Shown here piece after piece: positions 56,079-64,000 of a stretch of DNA of 64,000 bases. A model generated the notes under the pieces. It was not told where the DNA came from and made no database searches. It worked only from the letters and a program-made list of their open reading frames with translations. Position 1 is the stretch's first letter. Each line of letters opens with the position of its first letter. Source of the stretch: Thermodesulfobacteriota bacterium (GTDB lineage: Bacteria > Desulfobacterota > Anaeroferrophillalia > Anaeroferrophillales > Tharpellaceae); contig JANTGZ010000001.1 of NCBI GenBank assembly GCA_024762675.1, positions 14,322 through 78,321 of the forward strand, given 5' to 3'. The translations under genes and the position numbers were made by a program.

Positions 56079-56759
56079 ATGAAGAGATATATGATAATTT
56101 TCTTGTGTGTTGCCGCCCTGGCTTTTACTGCCACGCAGGTTTTAGCTGGTGCCGCACCCGGAACCGGGATTGTCGGTTCTAAACATGATATGAATGTTGT
56201 TTCTAATCCGGATAGCCAGAATCGTGTCTGTGCTTTCTGCCATACCCCGCATCACGCCCTTGATGATGCTTCGGCCGATTATCTGCCTTTGTGGTCGCAT
56301 GAACTTACCAGTCTAACCTACACTGACTATAGCTCAATCACATTTGATGGTGCCGGATTCCCGGCTGGTGATACCTTGACCGGTCCTTCCCGTCTCTGTA
56401 TGAGCTGTCATGATGGTGCGGTCGCGGTTGACCAGCATTATGGCGGCATTGGTACTGACGTCCGTTCCGGTGACAGCTGGGGTGAAATCGGCGTCGGCGC
56501 CGGTGGTGACTTGAGCAATGACCATCCGATCGGTTTTGATTACACCGCGATTGCCGGTGTGGTTGATGATGAGATTCGTTTGGCTACAACTCCGGTTGCT
56601 AATCCCAGTGTAAACACGATTACCGAACTGTTGTGGGATGACCAGTGGATGACTTGTGCCTCCTGTCATGATGTTCATAACACTGATGCCAACGAAGACT
56701 ATTTTCTCTATGGTCCGCAGGCTAACTCCGATTTCTGCCTGATCTGTCACGACAAATAA
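56079..56759 (+). CDS. tetraheme c-type cytochrome, secreted
   Basis: Start at ATG 56079 (MKRYMIIFLCVAALAFTATQVLA signal). Four CxxCH motifs (CAFCH, CMSCH, CASCH, CLICH). Confidence 0.85.
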   Translation: MKRYMIIFLCVAALAFTATQVLAGAAPGTGIVGSKHDMNVVSNPDSQNRVCAFCHTPHHALDDASADYLPLWSHELTSLTYTDYSSITFDGAGFPAGDTLTGPSRLCMSCHDGAVAVDQHYGGIGTDVRSGDSWGEIGVGAGGDLSNDHPIGFDYTAIAGVVDDEIRLATTPVANPSVNTITELLWDDQWMTCASCHDVHNTDANEDYFLYGPQANSDFCLICHDK

Positions 56760-56790
56760 TAACCTTTTAAATTAGTCCAGTCACGATAAA

Positions 56791-56824
56791 GGCTGCCGGT
56801 AGTATCTGCCGGCAGCCTTTTTTA
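56791..56824 (+). terminator. Rho-independent terminator (ggctgccgg-loop-ccggcagcc followed by a T-run)
   Basis: Perfect 9-bp GC-rich stem followed by T6, directly after the tetraheme cytochrome stop. Confidence 0.8.
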
Positions 56825-56878
56825 GGTTGCGTAAAAACTTGAGTAAATGGTATAGTTATTAAAATAACAAAACCGATT

Positions 56879-58003
56879 ATGGAGTTGTCGATGCCTGTAG
56901 ATGTTGTCGTAAACCGTCCTGGTTCGATTAGATTGGCCTTTTTGCTGGTTCTTATCTTCTTCCTCTTGTTGCTTTTTTCTGCCTGTACCGGCCCTGAGGT
57001 GGTTCGTCCTCAAGGTTCGGTTTTTTTCCCGCCGGTTCCCAACCCCCCCCGGGTTCAATACCTGACCCGGATCTCCAGTTCAACCGATGTTGATGGTAAA
57101 AAACTGGGCGGGCTTTCAATTATTGCCGTCGGAGATAGCCGGGCTGAAAAACCCAAACCTATCATTAAGCCCTATGGAATTACCGTGCGTGATGGTAAAC
57201 TATATGTCTGTGATACTTCACCCGGGCGTCTGATTGTCATCGATCCGGCCCGTAAGACTTTTGAATTTTTGAAAGGTAACTACAGTTTCGGTAAACTGAA
57301 AAAACCGATTAATTCAGCCTTAGACAGTGAAGGCAACCTCTATGTTGCCGATACCATGCGCAAAGAGGTGCTGGTTTATGGTCCGAGTGGCAGCTTTCTG
57401 CGCGCCTTTGGTAAAGGTCTCGAGATGAAACCGGTCGATGTTGCTATCGATGGTGACTATCTTTATGTTCTTGATCTCAAGAATCATGATATCAAAATAC
57501 TTGATCGGAAAAGTGGAAAGCTATTGGAAACTATTGGTAATGATTCTGATAATAAACACCTTTTGTCGATGCCCATCAGCCTTGATACCGATCCCAAAGG
57601 CAGCATCTATGTCTCCAATATGACTTCCGGTAAAATTATCAACTTGGATCGTGATGGTCACCTGCTGGGTGAATTCGGCAAACTTGGTGATGGTTTTGGC
57701 CAGTTCGGTCGGCCCAAAGGTTTGACGGTGGATGACCAGGGGCGTATCTACGTCGTTGATGCGGCCCATCAGAATGTTCAGATTTTTAATAAAGATGGCC
57801 GGCTGTTGATGTTTTTCGGTGATCCCGGGCTTCCTTTTGGCTCCCTCAATTTGCCGGCTGGGATTGCAGTTACCTCTGAAGGGATTGATCTTTTTAAAGA
57901 ATATATCGATCCCGCTTTTCAAGTTGAGCAGCTGATTTTCGTTACCAGTCAGTTCGGTCCGGCCAAGATCTCGGTTTATGGACTCGGAGAACTGAAAAAC
58001 TGA
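56879..58003 (+). CDS. NHL-repeat (six-bladed beta-propeller) lipoprotein
   Basis: Signal plus lipobox (LLFSAC). Repeated NHL motifs (GNLYVADT; GSIYVSNM; GRIYVVDAAHQNVQIFNKDGRLL). Confidence 0.8.
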   Translation: MELSMPVDVVVNRPGSIRLAFLLVLIFFLLLLFSACTGPEVVRPQGSVFFPPVPNPPRVQYLTRISSSTDVDGKKLGGLSIIAVGDSRAEKPKPIIKPYGITVRDGKLYVCDTSPGRLIVIDPARKTFEFLKGNYSFGKLKKPINSALDSEGNLYVADTMRKEVLVYGPSGSFLRAFGKGLEMKPVDVAIDGDYLYVLDLKNHDIKILDRKSGKLLETIGNDSDNKHLLSMPISLDTDPKGSIYVSNMTSGKIINLDRDGHLLGEFGKLGDGFGQFGRPKGLTVDDQGRIYVVDAAHQNVQIFNKDGRLLMFFGDPGLPFGSLNLPAGIAVTSEGIDLFKEYIDPAFQVEQLIFVTSQFGPAKISVYGLGELKN

Positions 58004-58040
58004 TTACTGCGGAATATTTTACAGTGATTTTTTAATAAAT

Positions 58041-58093
58041 ACCACAGAGAGCACAGAGGATGGTTTTCTCTGAGACCTCTGTGCTCTCTGTGG
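58041..58093 (+). terminator. perfect 19-bp inverted repeat hairpin (accacagagagcacagagg / cctctgtgctctctgtggt), terminator/REP-like
   Basis: Read from the sequence. Located directly after the NHL gene. The half-site motif accacagaga(g/a)cacagag recurs at ~54143. Confidence 0.6.
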
Positions 58094-58123
58094 TGAAAAA
58101 TATGTGGTCTAAAAACCATTTTT

Positions 58124-58729
58124 ATGGTCAATTTATTTAAAAATTGTCGAATTATTTTGTTGATCGGCTCTCTGGCCGTGGTTTTCTTTCTTGCCGGTTG
58201 TGATGCCACTGCCCGTTATAAGGTCTTAACGACGATATTTGACGGGGTGCCAAGCCCGATTCCGCCGGAAAAAGTCCTTGAGGAGTATTATGCTAAACGG
58301 CTTCAGGCCGAACGCGATGCAGCTGCCGGCAAAGTTTCAGCCGACGCTTCGACCGGGCTTTTGCATGTTTCCAAACATCTTCCCTATACGCAAAAAAAAT
58401 GTAAGGATTGTCACGATTTCAGCACCGCAGTCGGCCTTATCCGGCCGCCTAGAGAGCTCTGTTTTGTATGTCATCGCAAGTTTCGTGACCATATTCGTGA
58501 ACCCTTTGTTCATGGTCCGGTTGCAGTTGGTGACTGTTCTGCCTGTCATCTGCCGCACTCTTCTGAAAACACCTCTCTGCTGGAGCTTGATCGGAATAAA
58601 ATCTGCGATAAATGTCATCATGAAGAGCGCCTTGCGGTCGAGATGCATGATAAAATTATGACCCACGGTATGGCCTGTGTTGATTGTCATGACGCCCATT
58701 ACGGCCAAGCCCGCTACTTTCTCAAATGA
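58124..58729 (+). CDS. pentaheme c-type cytochrome lipoprotein
   Basis: Signal plus lipobox (FFLAGC). Five CxxCH motifs (CKDCH, CFVCH, CSACH, CDKCH, CVDCH). Confidence 0.85.
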   Translation: MVNLFKNCRIILLIGSLAVVFFLAGCDATARYKVLTTIFDGVPSPIPPEKVLEEYYAKRLQAERDAAAGKVSADASTGLLHVSKHLPYTQKKCKDCHDFSTAVGLIRPPRELCFVCHRKFRDHIREPFVHGPVAVGDCSACHLPHSSENTSLLELDRNKICDKCHHEERLAVEMHDKIMTHGMACVDCHDAHYGQARYFLK

Positions 58730-58752
58730 TTATCTATTCAGGAAGAGTGTAG

Positions 58753-60735
58753 ATGCGGCCGACCCTGGTTATTTTATTCTGCCTGTTAACGGCTCAACTC
58801 ATGCTGGCTGGTCAATCGCAGGCTCGGGCTCTTTTTATGATCCGGGATTTTCGTAACTGGCTTGAACTTGAATATGAGTATGAAGGTTCCAGTTCCGATA
58901 GTGCCGGCAGCAATCAGGATCTGACGGAACAGCAGTTATGGGAGACCTACCATTTTGAGATGGCTTACGCTATCTATAGCCCACGTTGGCTTAACGGCCA
59001 TTTTGAGGTCGATCTTGGCTTTCTGCAGGAGTGGTATGACGGCACCAGTGACGGTTCCGGCTCCGATAACGACTTTGTTCTCGGTTACCGTCTGGATGGT
59101 ATTATCTTGGATCGTAAATCTTTTCCCACAACGTTTTTTGCCGAGTCGGAGAGTACTCGGGCCGACCGCCGTTTCGCCCGTAATTACGATCTGCAAACTG
59201 AAAACTATGGTATCGCTACAACCTACAAAAATCGCTTTGTACCGGTTCACTTAAGCTATTTTTCCAACCGCAGTGAAACTGACGGGCTCGAACTTGATCG
59301 CGAGATTACAACCGAGACCTTTTCGGCAGATCTCTCCCACCAGACTGATGATGGCTTCAGCCTTAGTGAAATAAACTATTTCTATACCGACGACAAAACT
59401 TCATTTTCCGGTTCTCAGCCCTCAGATAAAAATAATGTCGAGGAGTATTTTCTCCGTAATTCACTGACCTGGGGAGAGCATCTCAAGCGCAGCTACTTTA
59501 TCTCCAGCTATCGTTATCGTGAGGAAGAGGGCAGTAATCCGATCAAATCTACGGACTGGTTTGAAACTATTGACTGGCGACCGGGACTTGCCCTGCGCCT
59601 GGGACTCGAATATCAGTTCAGCAAAGATGAAACTGAAACTTTAAATCGTAAAGATAACCGCTATCGGGGTTGGATCGAGCATCATCTTTATGAGAGCCTT
59701 ACAACCTCCGCCCGGGCCAGTAGCCGTAACCTCGAATTTGACGGCGGTAGCGAAGATGAGAACGGTTTTGTTTTAAGTCTTTCCTACCGTAAAAAATTAC
59801 CGGCTGATTCCTATTTTACCATGGGCTATTCCTACGGATATGAAGAGACCGAGCGGGACTTGGATGATAACCTGTTCTTCGTCGTCAATGAGGAGATGAT
59901 TGTCGATCTCTTTGAGAGAAACCTCTTAAATAATCTTGATGCTGTAGCTGAAACCATTGTTGTTTACAATGAGGATCGACTCATTACCTATGTTGAGGGA
60001 GCCGATTACACAATTGAACAGGTTGGTCGCGAAACCGAGATTATTATCCCCTCCGGCAGCCTTATCAATGAAGGAGACAAACTTTCGCTCGACTATGAAT
60101 ACCTGGTTAACCCTGACATCGATTTTTCCACTACCGTCCATCAGGCCAGTACAACTTTAACCCTTTTTGACCGTCATTACCGAATCTATGCCAACTATGT
60201 CAATTCAAAACAGAAATTACTCTCTTCGGCCGATGATCCGGATCTTTATGACAGTCTCTACAATCTTGAGACCTGGACTGTCGGGGCTGAAGGCGAGTGG
60301 AACTATGTGACTTGCGGCCTCGAGTACACAGATTACAACTCAACCACCGATATTCGCCAATATCTCGAAGGTTTCATTAATTATAGACGCTATTTCAGGC
60401 GTAATTTTATCTTTTTTTACCTGCGTGATCGCATAACCAGCCATGATGATTTGGATAATGGTACTGACAGTAATGGTGGCAGTGAAAATGTTCTGACCAC
60501 CGGTTTTCAGTATAAGCGAAAATTCCCGCTTGGGGCGATCGGTGAAGTCAACCTCGATTATTTAAACCAGAGCGGTCGTAGTAACGACCGTCAGGAACTC
60601 GATCTCGAAATAGCCTATCAGCTTCGGGTTGGGAAGCTTGTCTTTGAAGCCAGCATTGAAGAGGAGTGGGCCTGGACCGATAATCGCGATGAACGTAATG
60701 ATAAGGTTATGTTCAGAATCCGCCGCTACTTTTGA
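58753..60735 (+). CDS. putative large outer-membrane beta-barrel protein (porin-like; candidate conduit component)
   Basis: Cleavable signal (AGQSQA). 660 aa rich in Y/D/N/G/T with amphipathic alternating stretches (GFVLSLSYR; YFTMGYSYGYE; LEIAYQLRV). C-terminal ...RIRRYF ends in Phe, the OMP signature. No Cys pairs or enzymatic motifs. Confidence 0.5.
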   Translation: MRPTLVILFCLLTAQLMLAGQSQARALFMIRDFRNWLELEYEYEGSSSDSAGSNQDLTEQQLWETYHFEMAYAIYSPRWLNGHFEVDLGFLQEWYDGTSDGSGSDNDFVLGYRLDGIILDRKSFPTTFFAESESTRADRRFARNYDLQTENYGIATTYKNRFVPVHLSYFSNRSETDGLELDREITTETFSADLSHQTDDGFSLSEINYFYTDDKTSFSGSQPSDKNNVEEYFLRNSLTWGEHLKRSYFISSYRYREEEGSNPIKSTDWFETIDWRPGLALRLGLEYQFSKDETETLNRKDNRYRGWIEHHLYESLTTSARASSRNLEFDGGSEDENGFVLSLSYRKKLPADSYFTMGYSYGYEETERDLDDNLFFVVNEEMIVDLFERNLLNNLDAVAETIVVYNEDRLITYVEGADYTIEQVGRETEIIIPSGSLINEGDKLSLDYEYLVNPDIDFSTTVHQASTTLTLFDRHYRIYANYVNSKQKLLSSADDPDLYDSLYNLETWTVGAEGEWNYVTCGLEYTDYNSTTDIRQYLEGFINYRRYFRRNFIFFYLRDRITSHDDLDNGTDSNGGSENVLTTGFQYKRKFPLGAIGEVNLDYLNQSGRSNDRQELDLEIAYQLRVGKLVFEASIEEEWAWTDNRDERNDKVMFRIRRYF

Positions 60736-61301
60736 TGGGCAGAGGTGAAATAGTGGAAAAGCAACTCTTTACAGACTCTTACCAACATAGTTTTTTCCTT
60801 AAAGTCAGTTGTGCCCTGCTCCTGACCTTGAGCCTTTGCGGTCTGGGTCTCTATCTTTATCTTAACCGACCTTTTGGTGGTGACTTCCTGCTGGCTATTG
60901 CCGAACTTGATCGTCTGCGAAAGAGTATTGTCTGGGCTGTGGGGGTCTCAGTTACGGTTCAGCTTGTGATCTTTGCCCTGCTCCTCTATCTGGCCTCACT
61001 TTTCTGGACCCATAAGGTGGCCGGTCCGCTCTATCGCTTGAAAATGACTTTTTTGCGTCTTGCCGATGGTGACTGGACGCCGATGTATCAGGTGCGGAAA
61101 AATGACCAGCTCAAAGAGATTCCCGGTTTGCTCAATCGTGGTCTCAAAGCCGTGCGTTCAATTGACGATGAGATAAATAGTGAGCTTTTTGAAGTTGAGG
61201 AAAAATTGCAGAAATTTCACGTCGGTGAAAGTGATTGCGAAGTCATAACTGAGGCTCGGAGTCGCCTGATTCGGTTGCTTGATAGGCACTGGCCAATGTA
61301 A
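60732..61301 (+). CDS. small membrane protein: 2 TM helices + HAMP-like domain, no output domain
   Basis: Two hydrophobic helices followed by HKVAGPLYRLKMTFLRLADGDW...NDQLKEI, which fits HAMP heptads. Paralogous to the 62196 gene. Confidence 0.55.
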   Translation: MMGRGEIVEKQLFTDSYQHSFFLKVSCALLLTLSLCGLGLYLYLNRPFGGDFLLAIAELDRLRKSIVWAVGVSVTVQLVIFALLLYLASLFWTHKVAGPLYRLKMTFLRLADGDWTPMYQVRKNDQLKEIPGLLNRGLKAVRSIDDEINSELFEVEEKLQKFHVGESDCEVITEARSRLIRLLDRHWPM

Positions 61302-61386
61302 TTGATACAGGGTTAACCTTCACTCTGAGTGGTCAAAATTAAAAAATTAAAATAAACGTGGTCCGAACTTTGCTCTATTGTGATCT

Positions 61387-62220
61387 ATGAATAACCGACT
61401 TTCGCTATTTTTCTATTTATTGATATTTGCTCTGGCCTTGGGCCTTGCCGGTGTTCTTATATCGGACAGTGGTAATCCTCACAGCATGAAAACTGACTGC
61501 GCAGATTGTCATCTGCGAGCTCCGGCACAGGATGAGGCCGGCACCAATCTTTTTGTTGCCGATATCGAAACCCTCTGTTTGCGTTGTCATACCGAGGTCA
61601 AGGTGACCATGTCCCATCCTGTAGGAGTTAAGCCGACTTTTAAACTCCCGCTCGATATGCCGCTTGACTGGAAAGGTGAGATGACCTGCACAACCTGTCA
61701 TCGTATGCATGGTGATGACGATAACCGCTTCTTTTTTAATAATAAATTTTTGCGGCGTAACTCCACCGGCAAGGCCTTTTGTCTTGAATGTCACCAGAAT
61801 AACTTTCTCTCCAACCGTAGCATGGGCCATAGCGTTGCTCAGAATGCGGCGCACTACACTCCGAGAGATTCTTTTGCAGGAGAGGCTAAAATAGATGAGT
61901 CCTCAGCTTCCTGCTTGACCTGTCACGACGGCTCTCTGGCTAAGGATGAGGGCAGTGCCATAATCGAAAGAACGGCCGGTATCTGGCGCCATGGAGGTCA
62001 AAGTAATCGTAGCAGCCATCCTTTGGGCGTAAGTTACAGCAGGGCCCATGCGAGAAAACCTCACGCCTATCGACCGATGGCTGAATTGCCGAGGACAGTC
62101 CGGCTCCCGGGTGGGAAAGTGGAGTGTGTCTCATGTCATAATCTATATGCAAAAGATGAATGTCTGTTGGCCGTCTCAAATGAAAGAAGTAGACTATGTC
62201 TGACCTGTCATCGAAAATAA
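61387..62220 (+). CDS. heptaheme c-type cytochrome with N-terminal membrane anchor/signal
   Basis: N-terminal hydrophobic segment. Seven CxxCH motifs (CADCH, CLRCH, CTTCH, CLECH, CLTCH, CVSCH, CLTCH). Confidence 0.85.
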   Translation: MNNRLSLFFYLLIFALALGLAGVLISDSGNPHSMKTDCADCHLRAPAQDEAGTNLFVADIETLCLRCHTEVKVTMSHPVGVKPTFKLPLDMPLDWKGEMTCTTCHRMHGDDDNRFFFNNKFLRRNSTGKAFCLECHQNNFLSNRSMGHSVAQNAAHYTPRDSFAGEAKIDESSASCLTCHDGSLAKDEGSAIIERTAGIWRHGGQSNRSSHPLGVSYSRAHARKPHAYRPMAELPRTVRLPGGKVECVSCHNLYAKDECLLAVSNERSRLCLTCHRK

Positions 62221-62807
62221 AACACCCCTATAAACGGAGCCGCTATCTGGTTGATCGGGCTCTACAGTTGCGTTTTATGCTCCAGTTGGCGGGCAGCGGG
62301 TTGCTGCTGGTGGTGATGGCTGGTGTCAGCATGTTTCTATGGGGGCGCTACCTGCTTGAAAAAGAGCTCTACAGCCCCCATTTAAGCCATGCCGGTTCCG
62401 GTGAATTGCTTTTGCCTTTATTGTTAGGGCTAAATTTGGTCTTCGCGGCTCTGATCGTTGTCGTGGTGGTTCTCTTGGGCCGCCGTCATCTTAGGAAAAT
62501 AACCGGCTCTTTACTGCGTCTTGAAGACAACCTTGAGCAGATGGGGCAGGGAGAGGTTCCGGCAGAACTAGTTTTGCGTAATGATGACCCTTTACAATCG
62601 GTAGGGGAGACTTTTAATTCCTTTTCGTCAGGAGTTAACCAACGTCGTGATCTGGTTCGCATAGAGATTCGTAGTGCAGTTACTGCTCTACAACATGCAC
62701 TTGAAACCGGTTCCTCAGGTACAGCTGTCGTAAGCGATCTGGATAACGCCAAAACAGCCCTGGAAAAAGCCCGTAAAACTCTTAATTATAGACAAGTCGG
62801 ACCATAA
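62196..62807 (+). CDS. small membrane protein: 2 TM helices + HAMP domain, no output domain (paralogue of 60732-61301)
   Basis: 2 TM followed by ITGSLLRLEDNLEQMGQGEVPAELVLRNDDPLQSVGETFNSF, a near-consensus HAMP. Overlaps the 3' end of the heptaheme gene by 25 nt. Confidence 0.55.
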   Translation: MSDLSSKIKHPYKRSRYLVDRALQLRFMLQLAGSGLLLVVMAGVSMFLWGRYLLEKELYSPHLSHAGSGELLLPLLLGLNLVFAALIVVVVVLLGRRHLRKITGSLLRLEDNLEQMGQGEVPAELVLRNDDPLQSVGETFNSFSSGVNQRRDLVRIEIRSAVTALQHALETGSSGTAVVSDLDNAKTALEKARKTLNYRQVGP

Positions 62808-62864
62808 CCTTAAACTCCAAACCCCGAACTTTAAACTTTGAACTGTCCCAAATAGAGTAATGTT

Positions 62865-63905
62865 TTGTTGAAAAAGTTTAATTTATTTCTTGTTTTATCC
62901 TTCCTCTTTCTGGCGACTTGCTTTCTGGCGGCCTGTGTTGAGTCGTCAAAGCCCTCGATTGAGACTGAGGCGGTACTGGAGAAACCGGTTTGGCCGGCTT
63001 CACCGGCACCACCTCGTATTGCCTGGCAGGGTGAAATTAAAGATTTTCGCGATTTCCGCAGACAGGAAAGTTTCTGGCAGCGTCTCGCCGGTCTCGTTGT
63101 CGGCCAGCGCCAGAGTGGACTTGTCAAGCCTTACGGGATCTATGCCGATGATCACGATCATATTTTTGTCGTTGATACCGGGGCCCGCCGGGTCTATTTT
63201 CTTAACACCAAAGACGGCAGCTATAAAACAATACCCGAAGAAGATGAAAACCCTTTTCTTTCACCGATTGATATCACTGGAGATGGTGCGGACACTCTTT
63301 TTATCTCTGATTCAAAAAATGCCAGGCTCTTTCGTTATACTCTTAATGATGGCCGTTTAGTTGAGTTTCCGACGGTCGACCTGCAGCGACCTACCGGGAT
63401 TGTCTACTGCCTTAAAGAGCGGCTTCTTTATGTTGCCGATACGCTGGCCCACCAGGTCGTTGCCTTAGAGTACAATGGCCGTGAACGTTTTCGTTTCGGC
63501 GAGCGCGGGGTTGGTCCCGGCCAGTTTAATTTCCCGACGGCTGTGGCTATAAGTGAGTGTGGCATGCTGGTGGTTACCGATGCCCTTAACGGTCGGATCC
63601 AGATATTTGCCACCGACGGCACCTTTGAGCTTGAAGTTGGTCGACCAGGTGATACCTCCGGAACTTTTGCCAAGCCCAAAGGTGTGGCTTTAGACAGTGA
63701 CTGTAACATCTATGTTTGTGATGCCCTGTTTGACGCAGTCCAGGTTTTTGATAAAGGCGGGCGCTTGCTGTTGACTTTTGGTGACAGCGGTTCCCGGCCC
63801 GGTCAGTTCTGGATGCCGACCGGAATCTTCGTTGACGGTAAGGACAATATCTACGTCGCCGACAGCTATAACCAGCGTATTCAGATCTTTCGTTATTTAA
63901 AGTAG
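62865..63905 (+). CDS. NHL-repeat lipoprotein (paralogue of 56879-58003)
   Basis: TTG start. Signal plus lipobox (FLAAC). NHL repeats (HIFVVDTGARRVYF; RLLYVADTLAHQVV; NIYVCDALFDAVQVF; NIYVADSYNQRIQIF). Confidence 0.75.
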   Translation: MLKKFNLFLVLSFLFLATCFLAACVESSKPSIETEAVLEKPVWPASPAPPRIAWQGEIKDFRDFRRQESFWQRLAGLVVGQRQSGLVKPYGIYADDHDHIFVVDTGARRVYFLNTKDGSYKTIPEEDENPFLSPIDITGDGADTLFISDSKNARLFRYTLNDGRLVEFPTVDLQRPTGIVYCLKERLLYVADTLAHQVVALEYNGRERFRFGERGVGPGQFNFPTAVAISECGMLVVTDALNGRIQIFATDGTFELEVGRPGDTSGTFAKPKGVALDSDCNIYVCDALFDAVQVFDKGGRLLLTFGDSGSRPGQFWMPTGIFVDGKDNIYVADSYNQRIQIFRYLK

Positions 63906-64000
63906 ATGCATTCGTAAAAAGTTTGAGATCACTTTGAAACGTCATTCCGGCGAAAGCCGGAATCCAGTAAATTCAACGACTTCTGGATACCGGATCAAGT

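Noticed and set aside
63906-64000. Hairpin attccggc-gaaa-gccggaat after the last NHL gene
   Set aside because: Likely a simple terminator or REP hairpin. The window ends before context can be assessed. Not enough to call a feature.

Overview
This 64-kb window looks like a Deltaproteobacteria-type chromosome (Desulfuromonadales/Geobacter-like gene content, ~50% GC), and runs from conserved housekeeping blocks into a multiheme-cytochrome locus. From 1 to ~46 kb it carries: dedA and uppP; a flavoprotein; an HD-GYP response regulator; radA; the complete cell-shape cluster mreB-mreC-mreD-mrdA-rodA; xseA-M23 peptidase-xseB-ispA; a PEP-CTERM protein; a peptidoglycan-recycling operon nth-ampD-nagZ-namZ; two tandem pilin-like proteins, one with a LamG domain; a Crp/Fnr regulator divergent from an HD-hydrolase/ferredoxin pair; mltD and mtgA; a lactate-utilisation block (larA, FAD-linked oxidase, TRAP transporter, SDR) next to a PAS sigma-54 activator; rmlC; and an MBL-rhodanese protein. 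From 46.5 to 64 kb it carries a large secreted FG-GAP-repeat protein, a GAF/PAS histidine kinase, a NtrC-type sigma-54 response regulator, and a dense cluster of c-type multiheme cytochromes (12, ~14, 4, 5 and 7 hemes) interleaved with two NHL-repeat lipoproteins, two HAMP-only membrane proteins and a 660-aa putative outer-membrane beta-barrel. That right-hand block is the most likely candidate for an undescribed porin-cytochrome-type extracellular electron-transfer module under sigma-54 control. Several short intergenic repeat families and sigma-54-like -24/-12 elements are also visible. No tRNA, rRNA or CRISPR was seen.
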